64,000 nt of DNA. It comes from the human T2T-CHM13v2.0 reference genome, Homo sapiens. Below are positions 1-14,009 of this stretch, piece after piece. The notes under the pieces are model-generated. The model was not told the DNA's origin, made no database searches, and saw only the letters and a program-made list of their open reading frames with translations. How positions within the stretch are numbered: position 1 is the stretch's first letter; each line of letters begins with the position of its first letter. The position numbers were made by a program, and so were the translations under genes. Location of the stretch: the NCBI RefSeq assembly GCF_009914755.1, contig NC_060948.1. One strand, given 5' to 3'.

Positions 1-750
1 GATAGGTTGCAACCCATGGATGTCAAAGCAGCTTTCACTCATGTTAACAGGAAGGCCTGTTGGGGGTGGAAATATCTGCTCTTACCTACATATGTCCTAT
101 CTTCCCTGCTCTCAGTAGTTCTGGAGTTCATTAGACTTCATTTATGCAACAGATACTATCATGGCCTTTATCCGTGAAATGTGAGGCTTGGCTTAATCCA
201 CTGGAATTAGTCATGCTCACTTCCACGGTGAATTTTAACCACCATAATCATCTGCCTCTGGATTTCTCAGATCCAGTATTCTTTCTTAGGGCTTCAACCT
301 GAGGCTTGGAATTGAGGTTGGGACAAAAATGTTCCTCAGGGGATTGCATGGACTCCTCATTAGCAGCTAAATGCTAAGATAAAGCTGTGGAATTGAGTCC
401 TCTTTCCACAAGGAAGAGAAAAAAATGCTTGTGACAAACCCAGATAACTAGTGGCAATAGTTAACTTTGCCAAGATTTGGGGGGGCACCCTGTTTATTTT
501 CATCACTGAAAAATTTGCAGGGTAATTGCCTAGAACTAGAATATTAAACCAGATTTTTCATCGCTCATCCCTTTTTGTTTCTTCTGAGCTGCGGTTGAAG
601 ACTGCAAGCTTTTTCATAGGAATAAGCATGGTTGGTCTAAAATGTAGGCAAAAATTCAAACTTCATGGTTTTAAAATTTAATGACAAATGTATAAGTTTT
701 GATACATGATCTTTCTCTATCCAGTCCTCTAATTTAAAAAAAAAAAATCA
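1..750 (-). mobile_element. ERV1 (MER4-group, MER61-int-like) internal fragment; paralog of 32,365-33,115
   Basis: Colinear with part of the provirus interior (ccatggatgtcaaagcagctttcactcatgttaac at ~14 vs ccatgggtgtcaaagcagctttcacccatgttaac at ~32,374). Confidence 0.7.
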
Positions 751-789
751 TGAAGACCTGCCGGTGACAATATTTAATTTGTTTATTGA

Positions 790-1937
790 TTTGTCATATT
801 TTGCCTTAGCTGTGTTGAAGTACATATCATTTATACCTAATTTGTTCAGTTGTTTTTAATTACAAAGTCACGTAAAATTTTCCAAATACTTTTTGTTTAT
901 CTAGAATAAAAAATAAAGATGTGTAGCAGTAAACTTAATTAAAAAGAGAAACACTCTCTACACTATAAATTATAAAATATTGATGAAAAAAGTAAAAAAA
1001 AAGATATTTTTGCTCATGAGTTATAAAAAATATTGCTAAAATGGCTATGCTACACAAGGAAATCTACAAATTCACTGCAAACTCTATAAAATGCCAAGAA
1101 CATTTTTGAACAAAAATGAAATTAAGAGGCATAAAATTTATGGGGAACCAAAAAAACACTCCCCAAATAGCTGTGAAAAAAGAACAAATCTGAAAATATC
1201 AAACTACCTGACTCCAAAACATACTGCAAAGCTATAACAAGCAAAACAGCATGATACTGGCATAGAAAACAGACACATAGACCAAAGTATCCAACGATCC
1301 CAGTAACAAAATTCATAAACCTAGAGCCAAGTAATTTTTAAGTTGCTTAGAACATACATTGAAGAAAAGACAATCTTTTCAACGAATGGTGCTAAGAAAA
1401 TGGATTATTTAAATACAGAGGAATACAACTAGTTGCCTACCTGTTACCATATTAAAACAATTTAAATAAAAATAAATAGAAGATTGAAATGTAAACTCAA
1501 ACTTATAAAACTATTTGAATAAGACATAGAGAAATTCTTTACTAAACAGGACAGGAAAAACATTTTAAATAAGATCTCAAAACCACAGGCAAGAAAAGCA
1601 AAAGCAGACAAATAAAATTAACAGAATCTAAAAAAAAAATTTACATAGCAAAAATAAATTAACAGAGTGAAAAGACAACTTACAGTGTGGGAGAATATAT
1701 TTGCAAAATATACATATCACAATGGAAAAACATAAAGATATATAAGAAACGTAACAGCAAAACTAACTCACAATTTAGCAATAGGCAAGATACACTATGT
1801 GACACTTCTCCAAAGAAGACATGCAAATGGCCAAGTACATGTGAAGATGCTCAACATTATCATTAGAAAAATGCAAATTAAAGCTACCACAAGATACCAA
1901 ATGACTCCAGTTAAAACGGCTACAATTATAAATAATA
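790..1937 (+). mobile_element. Old L1 ORF2 3' fragment with a short inverted 5' piece (790-900); paralog of 36,070-37,232
   Basis: L1 ORF2 motifs (aaactacctgactccaaaacatactgcaaagctat; gaaaaatgcaaattaaagctaccacaagatacc). ORF 1799-2002 gives L1-like RKMQIKATTRYQMTPVK. Confidence 0.85.
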
Positions 1938-4900
1938 CGTGCCTGGCCGTTTCAACAGGAGGCATTGTGACATATCTCTGGTCACTTAAGTCTATCATTT
2001 AAGTGATATACTCTCCTCTTCTGCCTGGACACTACCCATAGGGGGCATTGTGCCATACAGTTGGGCACAGCCCCAAAGTTATATGATTTTTCTGCCAGGA
2101 GCCTGCCTACAAGGAGAATATGGGAACATTTCTGCCTCAGCGTTTAGGTTATGTGGCTGTCATGCCTGTTTCATTACTGCAGAGTAAATTTTGACAAATA
2201 ATTAGGCACAGCTCAATATTCTGACAAATCACTAGGCATGATAATGACTCATATGTGGACCTCCCAAATAGGAGTAAGTTTGACTCTTGTAACTCGCTTT
2301 AGCAATGCAAGTGATGTCTTAGATCTCTTTCTGGTAAAAGGGTCACCGAAGATTATAACACCCTCAAATATTTTACAGCCCTTGGCTTGTACAGATAATG
2401 CCATAACAAAACCCAAATGAAAGATGAAGTTGTGAGTCTCATATGCACACCCAGCTGACAGGAAGTACTGTCAGCATCTCATGTATATGAAGCCTACTGT
2501 GAAACATGAAAACAGGACATGTATGTTATTGTAAATCTCATCTCTGCAATAATCTCCCAGTGTGAATGTCATACACATCTTTGCCAAGCATCTGTGTGAT
2601 TTGACTCTCCAGACAGGTTCCAGCATGTATATGAGATTGTGATCTCTACCTGAGCCAGCGTCTAGGTGATGTGATTCTCCTGCCTGGACCCTTTTCTCAG
2701 TAAGGATTGAGACATACCACTGGATCTAACATTCAGGTGATGTTACATTGTTGCCTGGACCATATTCACAGGCATCATTGTGACATATTACTGTGTCCAC
2801 CACTTAGGTGATGTAACTCCCCTCTCTGGAATGGACCCTGAACACAGAGAATGGTAGTGCCATATTGGCAGGCCAGGGCATACAGGTGATGATACTCTTT
2901 TGCCAGGGATATATTTCAAGGAGGTCATTGTGACATATCTCTGGGCCTGTCACCTAAGTGATGTGACCGAACGCTTGGGCCTCACCTACATAGATCGTTG
3001 CAACGTAAAAGTTAGACCTGCATCAAGATGATGTAACTCTTTCAATCTAGTGCTGTCCTAGGGAAACTTGTGACATATCTCAGCACCCAGCACCCAGGTG
3101 ATGTGGCTCTTCTGCCTGGGTTCTCCCCATGTGTTATATTGTGATGTACACATAAAGAAGCACCTACGTGATATGACCCACATTTTCTGCCTGAGTCCTG
3201 CCTACTGGGGACACTGGGACATATCTCTGAGCCCATGACCTAAGTGATATGACTCTCGCCCCCTGCCTGGGCTTTTAAAATAGTGGGATTATGACATATT
3301 GCTGAGCCCAGCATTTAGGTTGTGTGACTCTACTCTTTTTTTTGAACCATGCCCACAAAGGGAAATTTTGACCTATTGCACCCAGATGATGTTACTCTTC
3401 TGCCAGAATCCTGAATAAAGAGATAATTATTGCATAGTGATAAGTCCAGCACCCTGATGATGCTACTGTCCTGCCTGTGCCAGAGCCACAGAGGGTGTTT
3501 TGACACATCTTTGGCTTATTCTGTAAGTGTTTTGGCTCTCATCTCTTCATTATGTTTTTCCACATGTGGAATTGTGTCATATTGCTGGGTCCAGTATCCA
3601 GTTAATGTGGCCCTCTTTCCTAGACTCTGTGTAGAGAGAATATTGTGACATGTTAATTGCCACATCACCTAAGTAATGTTACACTTTTTTTTTCTAATTT
3701 TTTGCCCACAAATGGGATTATGGTTTATATCTTGCTTCAGTTCACAGGCATGATGAGCAAACTTATACTGGGATTCAGTCAATGGAAGATATTTTGCCAT
3801 TCATCACTAGGCTTATGGCAATAGAAAAAATTCTTGGTTGAATATTTCTACAAAGCTCACAGAAGTTTACGACACGAATTCCTGTGGTATAAACTTTATG
3901 GGTGGTACAGAGCATTTTATAACAAGGCCCAGCAAAAAGTTAAAATTGTGACTCTCAGTTTCACACCCAGGTGAAAGTAAAAGTTGTCACCATCCCACAT
4001 TTACAAAGTACACTATGGAGTTACTGAGTCTAACATGACAACACAGTACAAAAATGGAGTTGTGACTCTCACATGTGGATCTGGCCACAGGTGTAATCGT
4101 GACTCATTTTTGGGCCCAGCTCACAGGCATAAAAATGCTTCTCATTCCTGAATGTGGCCTAAATTAGAGATATTGACTATCATACCTGGATTTAAGACAA
4201 TATATAAGATTGTGAGTCCATATGAGCCTATGGGCCTCAGAGAAGTTTGCAAATATAATGGATGCCGTTTGAAGCCCTTGGATGTTGTAGAGGGTGTCAT
4301 TCGGTGGTCCAACACACACGTGACAATGTGACTTTGTTACAGACGCCAAGCTGACAGTTAAAGGTGTCACCCTCAAACATGAGGAGATTGTGTCATATCA
4401 CTGTGCCGAGTACCCAGGTGTTAAAACTTGTGCTTTAATTGTTTCCCATGTGTGTATTTTGACATATCATTGCATAAGAATCATAACAGTGTGACTCTTT
4501 TGCCTGGACCCTGACAGCAAGGGATATTATCACATTTCTCTGAGCCGATCAGCTAGGTGATTTGCCTATTTTTCCTGTACTTTTGCCCCAAGGCACATTG
4601 TGACATCAGTGGTCATAGCATCTAGGAAATGTGACTCTCGTCTCTTGCCTAGGTTCTGCCCACAAAAGGAATTGTGACATACTACTGAGCGCAAAACCTA
4701 GGTAATGTAACCATCCCCTTTATTCTGGAGGCAGCCAATAGGGGAAATTATTACGTATTGCTGAGCTAAGCACCTAGGAGGTGTGACTCTCCTCTTTTTC
4801 TTCAACCTTGTCTACAGTCGACATGGTGTCATATTCATTGAGGCTGTTCTCCGTTGACATGAATCTTCTGACTTGGCCTGCCTATGAAGGAGATTATAAT

Positions 4901-7900
4901 GAATTCTGTGCTCGGAATCCAAGTAAGGCAATTATGCTGCCTTGTTTCTGCCCACAGGTGAAATTTTAACATATACCTGAGTTCAGCTTACATACACAAA
5001 TATAACTATCATATCTTTACCCAGAAGGGAGACATATTTTTACTCTCATGGTCAGTCTCATGGCCATAAGTAAAGAAATGAGTCTCCTAATTGCATAAAG
5101 TTCACAAAGGATTATGACACTCAAGCATATCATATAAAGTCTGAGTGGTACACAAACTGTCATAACAGGGAACAGTAACCAGGTGCGATTGTGACTCTTG
5201 GATGCATGCCTAGCTGACACGATTGTCATTCCCTCACAAAAATATGATCTACAAATAAGGTACTAAATTGTTACAAAAAAGATCAGTTGAAGGTTGAAAT
5301 TGTTTCTCTCATACACAAATCTGACCCACAGGTGGTTTGGTGATACATGATTCAGCACAACTGTGAGGCCGTGACTCCCCTACTGGAACACAATCTTCAA
5401 GTGGGACTGGGCATCTTATACATGGATCTTGCCCATTGTTGAGATTGGGACTCCTCTGCTTTGACACAACTCACAGGAGGTGTTGACTCCTCCTGTACGT
5501 ACGTGAAGCCAGGACTTCTGTGACTGTGAAACATTTCTGAATATTTCCTACTGTGTGATTAGGACATAAAAGTTAGCCCAGCTCCTGAATAATTTGACTC
5601 TCTTCTTTAGGCCCATGACCACAGATGAAATTGTGATATACATGGACCATACACCTAAGCATAGGTGCCTGGGCCTGTAGACAAAGGGCACTTTTACATG
5701 TCACTGGGAACAGCTCCCAGGTAACGTGGATTATTTGCCTAATGCCTGCCTATGAAAAGCACTGTGGCTTATGTCTGGGTTCATCATGTAGTGATGTTAC
5801 TCAATTCTACTGCCTTGGCCCTGCACTAACGGTGCATTGTGACACATAACTGGGTACTGCTCCCAACTGATGGGACTCTCCATTTTGGTTTCTGCCATCA
5901 GAAAGCTTTGTAACATGTAACTTGGCTCAGCACCTAGATGATGTTTCTCCTCTCTTGACCTGCCCTGACCACAGGGGAGATTGTGACACATTGCTAAATC
6001 CAGCGCCAAGTTAAGGTCACTTTCAAACTTTGGTCCTGCACATAGTGGCCATTGTGACATTTATCTATACCAATTGCCTAGGTGAAGTGAGTCTCCTCTC
6101 CTTTCTAAGCCAAGCCCAAAAGGGAAATTTTGATACATCGTTTAAACCAGCATTCAGGTGATGTGATGCTTCTTCCAGAAGTCTGCCCACAATAAAGATT
6201 GTGACAGCTCACTGGACCAGCACCCACCCAGGTGATGTGACCTTTTTGCTTGCTGTCTGCCCATGGGGATATTGTGCCATACAACTGAGACCAGATAAGA
6301 GGACTAATCATGACTCTTAAACCTGGAGCCAGGTTATATGCATGATGGTGGCTCCCACTCCTGGAACTTTCCACCAGTGTTATTGTGACATACACTTCTG
6401 CCCAGTTCCTGAGTAATTTAGTAATCTTGCCTAGGTATAGCGCACAATTGAGATTTGGACATATATCTCAGCTGAGCACTTTGGTGATTTGATTCTCCTG
6501 TCTTAACGTTATCCTCAGGCACGTTTGTAGCATGTCTCTGGATCCATCATCTAGGTTACCTCAGTCCCCTCTCCTGCCTGAATTCTGCTTCCACTGGGTA
6601 TTGTAGCATTTTTAAACACTGCATTCAAATTATATGAATTTCTTGCCTGATCCTTTCAACAAGAGACATTATGACTTACCTCTGGACCTATCATTTACAT
6701 GATATGACTCTCCTCTTTTCTGGACCACTGCCCACAAGGGGTGTTGTGCCATACAGTTGGGCATAGGCCCAAAGTTATGTGATTTTTCTTCTAGGAATTT
6801 GCCAAAAAGAATAATATTGGAAGATTTCTGCCTCAGCATTTAGATTATATGGCTCTCATGCCTGTTTCATTACCACGGTGTAAATTGTGACATATATCTA
6901 AGCACAGCTCACAGGCATGATAAGGACTCCCATATGTAGAACCCTCAAATAGGAGTAATTTTTAATCTCATAACTTGCTTTAGAGTTATTTAAGTGATTA
7001 AGTTTCTTTATGGTAAAAAGATTGCAGAAGATTGTAACAGCATAAGTGATTTTAAAAAGCCTTCATCTTGTACAGAGGGTGTCATAACAGGACCTATCAC
7101 TAAGGTGAAATTGTGAGTCTCATATGAACACCCAGCTGACAGTTAAAGACTGTAACCATCTCATATATATAAAGCCAACTGTCACTGATAAAAATGGGAC
7201 ATATGTGGTATTGTTAGTCTCATCCTGGGAATTTTCTGCCAGTCTGACTGTGATATAAATCTTTTCCGAGCATCTGTGTGATTTGACTCTCCAGACCGGT
7301 TCCAGCCCAGTGATGTTATTTTGAAATCTATGAGGGCCAATCTCTAGGTGGTTTGACCCTTCTGCCTGGGCCCCACTCTCAGTAAGAATCAGCTGAGCCA
7401 TGCCCACATAAATTATTGTGACACATCACTGTGTCAACCACTTAGGCGATATAACTCTCCTCAGAACGGGCCCTGAACACAGTTGGGGATAGTGACATAT
7501 GGTTGAGCCACAAGTCACTATCCCCAGCAACCAGACAAGAATGTGACTCTCTATGCACACCTAGTTGATACAATTGTGATTCTCACGCATAAACAGGGCC
7601 TAGTAATGAGGTACTAAATCTCACACATAAAAGTCATCAAAGATTGAAATCATTACTCTCATACGGGGATTAGATTCACAGGTGTTTTGGCAACATTTGA
7701 ACCATGATTCAGCATGCCTGCGGTGCTGTGACTCCCCTACTGGAACACAATCTTCCAATGGGACTGGAGCTCCTATACATGGATCTTGACCATTGTTGAG
7801 ATTTTGACTCCTCTACTTCCACCAAACTCATAGAAAGAGTTGACGACTTACATACAGGAAACGAGAACTTATGTGGAATGCGAAACTTATTTGCAAACTT

Positions 7901-10900
7901 TTCTGAGCGTGTGATTGGGTCAGGTAACTTTTCCCAGCACATGAATGATTTGACTCTTTTTCTAGGCCCAGACCACAGATAAAATTGCGCCATAAGTATA
8001 ACAAACACCTTTGCAATATATAACATCTACCATGTTTCTCCTACAAAGGGCACTTTTATTTATCACTCGTATCGTCACCCTGGTGATGTGAATTATCTGC
8101 CTAAAACATGGCTACAAAGGGAATTGTGTTTTATAACTAGGTCCATCACATAAGTGATGTGACTCCCTTCTACTCCTTTAGCCCTGCACTTACAATGCAT
8201 TGTGACACATAACTGCATCCAGGTGATGTGATTCTTTTTGGGGGATTCTGCCAACAGAAAGCATTGAAACATAACGCTTGGCTGAGCACCTAGGTGACGT
8301 TGGTTCACTTTTCCTGTACCCTAACCACATGGAGATTGTGACATATTGCTGGTCCCAGCACCAATGTGAGGTCACTCTCCAGCTTTTGTACTGCACAGAA
8401 CAGACATTGTGACATAAATCTAGGCCAATTGCCTAGGTGAAGTAAGTCTCTTTCTTGTCAAAGTCTTGCCTACACACAAAGTTTTCATATGTCACTGAAA
8501 TCAGCATTCAGGTGATGTGACCCTTCAGCCAGTGTCCTGTCCACAAAGTAAGTTGTGATATCACACTGGAGCCAAACCCTCATAGGTTATGTGAATTTCT
8601 TGCTTTCCTTCTGGCCAGGTAATATTGTGCCATATACCACAAACCATAGCAAAAGTCTAATAACAACTCATATGAGTGGAGCCAGGACATATGCAGGATG
8701 GTGACCCTTATTCTTAAGCCTTTCCACAAGTGTAATTGTGTCTTATACCTTTGTCCAGCTCCTAAGTGATTTAATAATTCTGCATAGGTATAGCCCAAAA
8801 ACAATAGTCTCATAAGTACCTGAGCCAAGTAACTTGGTGATTTGACTGTGCTATCTTAACAATGTCCTCAAGGGGATTTGTAACATATTTCTGGACCCAT
8901 CATCTAGGTTGCATAACTCTCCTCTCCTGCCTGTACCTGGCTTCCTTTAGTAATTGTAGCATTTCCAAACACTGCATCCAAATGATATAAATCTCTTGCC
9001 TGGGCTCTGTCACAGGAAGCACTGTGACATATTTTTGGGCCCATCATTTTGGTGATATGACTCTCCTCTCCTGCCTGGAGACTGCCCACAAGAAACATTG
9101 TGACACAGAGCTGAACTGAGCACACAAATATATGATATTTGTGACAGAACCCTGCCTACAAAAAGAATACTGGAATATTTCTGGCCCAGCATTTAGGTGA
9201 TGTGCCTGTTCTGCCTGTTTCATAACCGCAGAGGGAATTAAATCCTATATCTAGGCATGGCTAACAGGAATGATAATGACTGTCGTATGTGGACTCAGGC
9301 AATAGAGGCTATTTTGACTTTTATAACTAGATAACTAGTTTTAGGGACATGACTGATACCGTGGACCATCTTTTATACAAAGGTTGCAAAAGATTACAAC
9401 ACTCACACATATTTTACCAAGTCTTTGGGTTATACAGAGGGAGTCAAAGCCGGGCTCAGCACACAGGTAAAATTGTGAGTCTTGTACTCACACCCAGCTG
9501 ACAGTAAGAATTATCATTACCTCACATGGATGAAGTCAATTGTCAAAGATGAAAATAAGAAATGATTGGTATTTAAAATCTCACCTTTGGAATTTTCTGA
9601 CAGTGTGATTGTGATATAAATTATTGCCAAGCACTTGTGTAATCTGACTCTCTAGACTTGTTTCAGCTCATATATGGGATTGTGATATCTACTTACGCCA
9701 GCCTCAAGGTGGTGTGACTCTCCTGCCAGGGCCCTTCTCTCCGTAAGGATTGTCTTATCACTGGATCTAGCACCCAGGTGATGTTACATTTTTGCCTGTG
9801 CCATGCCCACCAAAATTATTAGGACATATCCCTGTATTCGCCTCATAGGTTATATAACTCTCCTGTCTGGAATGGGCCCTGCACAAAGGAAATATAGAGA
9901 CATATTGCAAGGCCAGGCACACAGGCAAGAGAACTATTTTGCCACAGCCATGCCCAAAGAAGGGAATCATGACATATCTCTGGGCCTGCTACCTAGGCTA
10001 TGTGGGGCTCTTGTTGGGGTCCTGTCAACCTGGAGTGTGACATATTTCTAGGCAAGGCACACAGGTGATGGTACTCTTTTGCCAGGGCTATGTTCCATAG
10101 AGGATATTGTGACACATCTCTGGGCCTATCACCTAGGAGATGTGAGTCCCTCCTTGGACCCTACCCACATGGAGCATTGTGACATGAGCAGAGGACCTTC
10201 AATTAGTTGATGAAACTCTCTTTGCTGGGTGCTATGTGAAGAGATCCTTATGAAATACCTCAGAACCCAGCACTCAAGTGATGTGGACCTTCTGCCTGCA
10301 TGCTGCTCTCATGTTCCACTGTGACATATTCCTAGGGCAGCATCTAGGTGATATGACTCTCCACATCTGCCTGAGCCCTGACTACTTGGGACACCTTGCA
10401 ATATCTCTGAGCCCTTGACCTAAGTGATGTGGCTCTTTTGTTGCCTGGGCCTTCACGATAGGTGGATTTTGGCATATTGCTAAGCCCAGCACTCAAAACA
10501 TGTAACTCTCCTATTTTTCCTGAATTATACCCACAAAGAAGAAATTTTGACCTACTGAATGGCTCAACACCAAGGTGATTTTTCGCTTCTTCCTGGATTA
10601 TGCATAAAGAGGAAATTATGGCATATTGCATATTGCTAGGCCCAGCACCCTTATGACTGTGACTCTCCTGCCCATGCTGGAGCCACCGAATATACCTTGA
10701 CATGTCTTGGGCCCATTATGTAGGGGTTTTGGCTCTCATAACTTGGTTTGGTATTTTCCACATGTGAAATGTTGTCCAATGCTTGGTCCAGCACCAGGTT
10801 AATGTGACCCAAATTTTTATACCCTGCCTAGAGAAGGCATTGCGACATATTGCTTGGTACATGATCTATGTAATGTTACCCTCCTGTCTTGTTTTTTGCC

Positions 10901-11905
10901 CACATGTGGAATTATGACATATACCTTGCTTTAGTTCACAGGCACAAAGATCAAACTTATATTGGGATACAGCCAATAGGAGATATTTTTCCTCTCATTG
11001 TTTGGCTTAAGGCAATATTTAAGGTCCTGGGTTGCATATTTGTACTAACACACATAAGCTTACAACACTAACTTATATTGTTTAAACTCTTTGGTGGTAA
11101 AGAGTTTCATAACAGGGACCAGCAAAAGGTTCAGAATGGGACTCTTGGTTACACACCCAGGTGCAATTAAGAGTTGTCACCATTCCATATTTATAATTCC
11201 CACTATTGAGGTCCTGAGTCTAACAAAAGAATACAGTACACAGTTAAAATTGTGACATTTATATGTGGCTTTGGCCACAGGGGAGATGGTGATTCATTTC
11301 TGGACCCAGCCCACAGGCATAATAATGAGTCTTCTCCCTTAACCCTGCCTATAGATGTCGACTATCAAACGTGGTTTAGAGCAATATGCAAGATTGTGAG
11401 TCCATAGGAGCAGGCAGGCCACAGAGAGGTTTGCAACTCTCATACAGGTTTCATAAAGCCCTCGAATATTGTAGAGAAAGTTATATATTGTCTGAGCATA
11501 CATGTGAGATTGTGACTCTAATATACATGCTCAGCTAAATGTTAACAATGTCATCCTCAAAGATGATGGGATTGTGTCATATCACTGGGCCTAGTACCCT
11601 GGTGTTGAGACTTTTTGTCTCAAATCCCTTTCTGTGGGTGCATTGTTACATATCGATGGGTTAGAATCATAATAATTTGACTCCTCTGCCTGGGCCCTGT
11701 AAACAGGGAATATTATCACATATCTCTGGGTCTATCAGCTAGGTGATGTGTCTCTCCAGTCTGTGCTTTGCTCCCAGAGGACAGTTTTAAATATCACTGA
11801 AACTAGCGTCTATGTAATGTAACTCTTCTCTCCTGCCTGGGTCCTGCTTACCAAAGGAATTGTGACATATGGCTGAATGTAAAACCTAGGTGGTATGCCT
11901 GTACT
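1938..11905 (+). repeat. Diverged ~68-72 bp beta-satellite-like (BSR/Beta) tandem array with ~4.7-kb higher-order organisation
   Basis: Recurring monomer of the form attgtgacatatctctgggcc..cacctaggtgatgtgactctcctc..ctgcctgggcc throughout; blocks starting at 2041, 6740 and 9091 are colinear. Confidence 0.85.
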
Positions 11906-11909
11906 CTCT

Positions 11910-13990
11910 CTTCAACAGTTTATATCTGTGCTGCATTCTGTTTTATTACTTTGGTGCTCTATTTTTATACCAGTACCAGAGTGCTTTGATTACGACAGGT
12001 TTGTTTTGTGTTTGGAAATTGTTAAGTATAATGCTTCCAATATTTTAATTCTTTTTAAAGATTGCCAGGCTTTTCATGGTGCCTTGAGATCTTACATAAC
12101 TTTGTGGGGTTTTTTTCTATTTTTGCAAAAGTATAATTGAAAATTGAAACAGGCTGTGTTGAATGTGTTGGTCACTTTAAACAGCATGGGTATCTTCACA
12201 ATATTAGGTCTTCCAACCATTGAAAAAGAGCGTAATAAAAAGTGTGTTGTAGCTGGGGGTAGTGGCTCATGCCTCTAACCCAGAACTTTGAGAGGCCAGG
12301 AGGATGCATGGCTAGTTCAGGAGATCGAGATCATCCTAGCCAACATGGTGAAGCCCCGTCTCTGCTAAAATACATAAAATTAGCTGGGTGAGGTGGTGCA
12401 TGCCTGTAATCCCAGCTACTCAGAGACTGAGGCAGAAGAATCGCTTGAACCCGGAGGTGGAGGTTGCAGTGAGCTGATATTGCACGACTGCGCTTCAGCC
12501 TAGTGAAAGAGATACTCCATCTCAAAACAAAACAAAACAGGAAATTGTGTTGCTTAATCTTTATAAGTTTTGAATTTTTCAGCTTTTCTTCTGTTACTGA
12601 TTCCTAGTTTCATTCCATTTGGGCTGTAAATAATTGTAAAATTTTAGTTAAAAAATTATTAAGGCTTCTGTTGTGGTGTCACATGTGGTCCATCTAGAAA
12701 AATGTTTTCTGAGGTATTGAAAAGAATGTGATTCTGTTGTCTGCATACATTTGTTAGGTGTAACTATTGTGTAATGCATTCAGGTTTTTTGTTCCCTCGT
12801 TGATAGTCTCTCATTATTTATTTACTACTGAAAGTGAAATATTGATGTATTTCCATTATTATATGGTTGTCTATTTTTTCTTCAATTCTGTCAATGTTTG
12901 CTTTATGTGTTTGGGAAAATTGTCATATATTTATAAGTTATTAGTGAATAAACCCTCTTACTATAATTGAATGTCCTACTTTGTCTCTTGTTAATTTTCA
13001 CATAAAGTAAATTATATGAAATATGGTAGTTTTCATCTTAAGGAATTGTTGCCTCTTCTCCTCTCATTTGGTTAACACTTGCATGAAATGTATTTTTATC
13101 CTGTGATTTTCAGTCTTTTAAAATTAGATATGAAATGAGTCTTTTGAAGACATGACATAGTTAGATGTTCTTATAGATAGTGATAGAGGTCTTTTTTTTT
13201 TTCATTTTGAAGGATACTTTTGCAAAATATAGTATTCTTGTTTAGAACTTTTTTTTTTCAGCGTTTTACCAATGTCATCCTACCCGCTTCTTGCTTGAAA
13301 GATTTATGTTCATAAATTTACTGGTAATTTTGCAGAAGTGTGAATATAAATAATACATTTGTTTTTTTTTCTTTCTGCATTCTTCATTCTCTTTTATGTG
13401 ACTTCCAAAACGTTGCTTAACTTGTGTCTTGTTGTAAATCTCTTAATGTTAATTTTATTTGAAATTTGCTGAGCTTATTGATCTTCTCATTTTTTTTTTA
13501 CTAATGGTGAAGTACATATTAGTCTTTTTCTGTATTTCCACTCCACAATTTTTATTTCTTTTTGTGCTTTTTATTTTTTGTTGGTTTAATTTTTGTTATT
13601 TCATTTATTTCCTTTTTCTTAATTTATTTATTTCCATTTTACTCACGGAGCATCACTAAATCGGCAATGTTAATTTTTAAGGGTAATTAATTTTTTTAAG
13701 AATATATCTAGACTATAACTCATATTGTCTCTGTTAATTTTTACCTCCCCGTTTTTTAATAATTGATTTCTGGATATTTATTTTTATCTTTGATTGAGCC
13801 ATATTATCTTGATGTTTCATATATGTTGTAATCTTAGGTTGCAATTTGTATAATAAAATGTGACATGTCAAAATCTGTATTAAGTTTCTTTTGTCTGGGG
13901 GAATAAAATACACATTTTTTAGGCTAGATATTCTTCGGTCTCTAAAGCTTATTCTGTAAATGTTTTCTCTGGGCTTGTGTGTTTTTTAGT
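11910..13990 (-). mobile_element. Old L1M fragments (antisense), interrupted by an Alu; probable remnant of the ZNF intron
   Basis: Antisense L1 ORF2 motifs (ctatttttataccagtaccagagtgctttgattac; ttactgattcctagtttcattccatt). Confidence 0.7.
12251..12540 (+). mobile_element. AluS (Sc-like)
   Basis: Dimeric Alu with caggagatcgagatcatcctagccaacatggtg and a (caaaa)n tail. Confidence 0.9.
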
Positions 13991-14009
13991 TTAAAAGGTT
14001 TTCCCATAT

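Noticed and set aside
1938-11905. Many 60-120 aa ORFs and a repeat-spacer-like pattern
   Set aside because: Diverged satellite monomers; the ORFs are not conserved between HOR copies.
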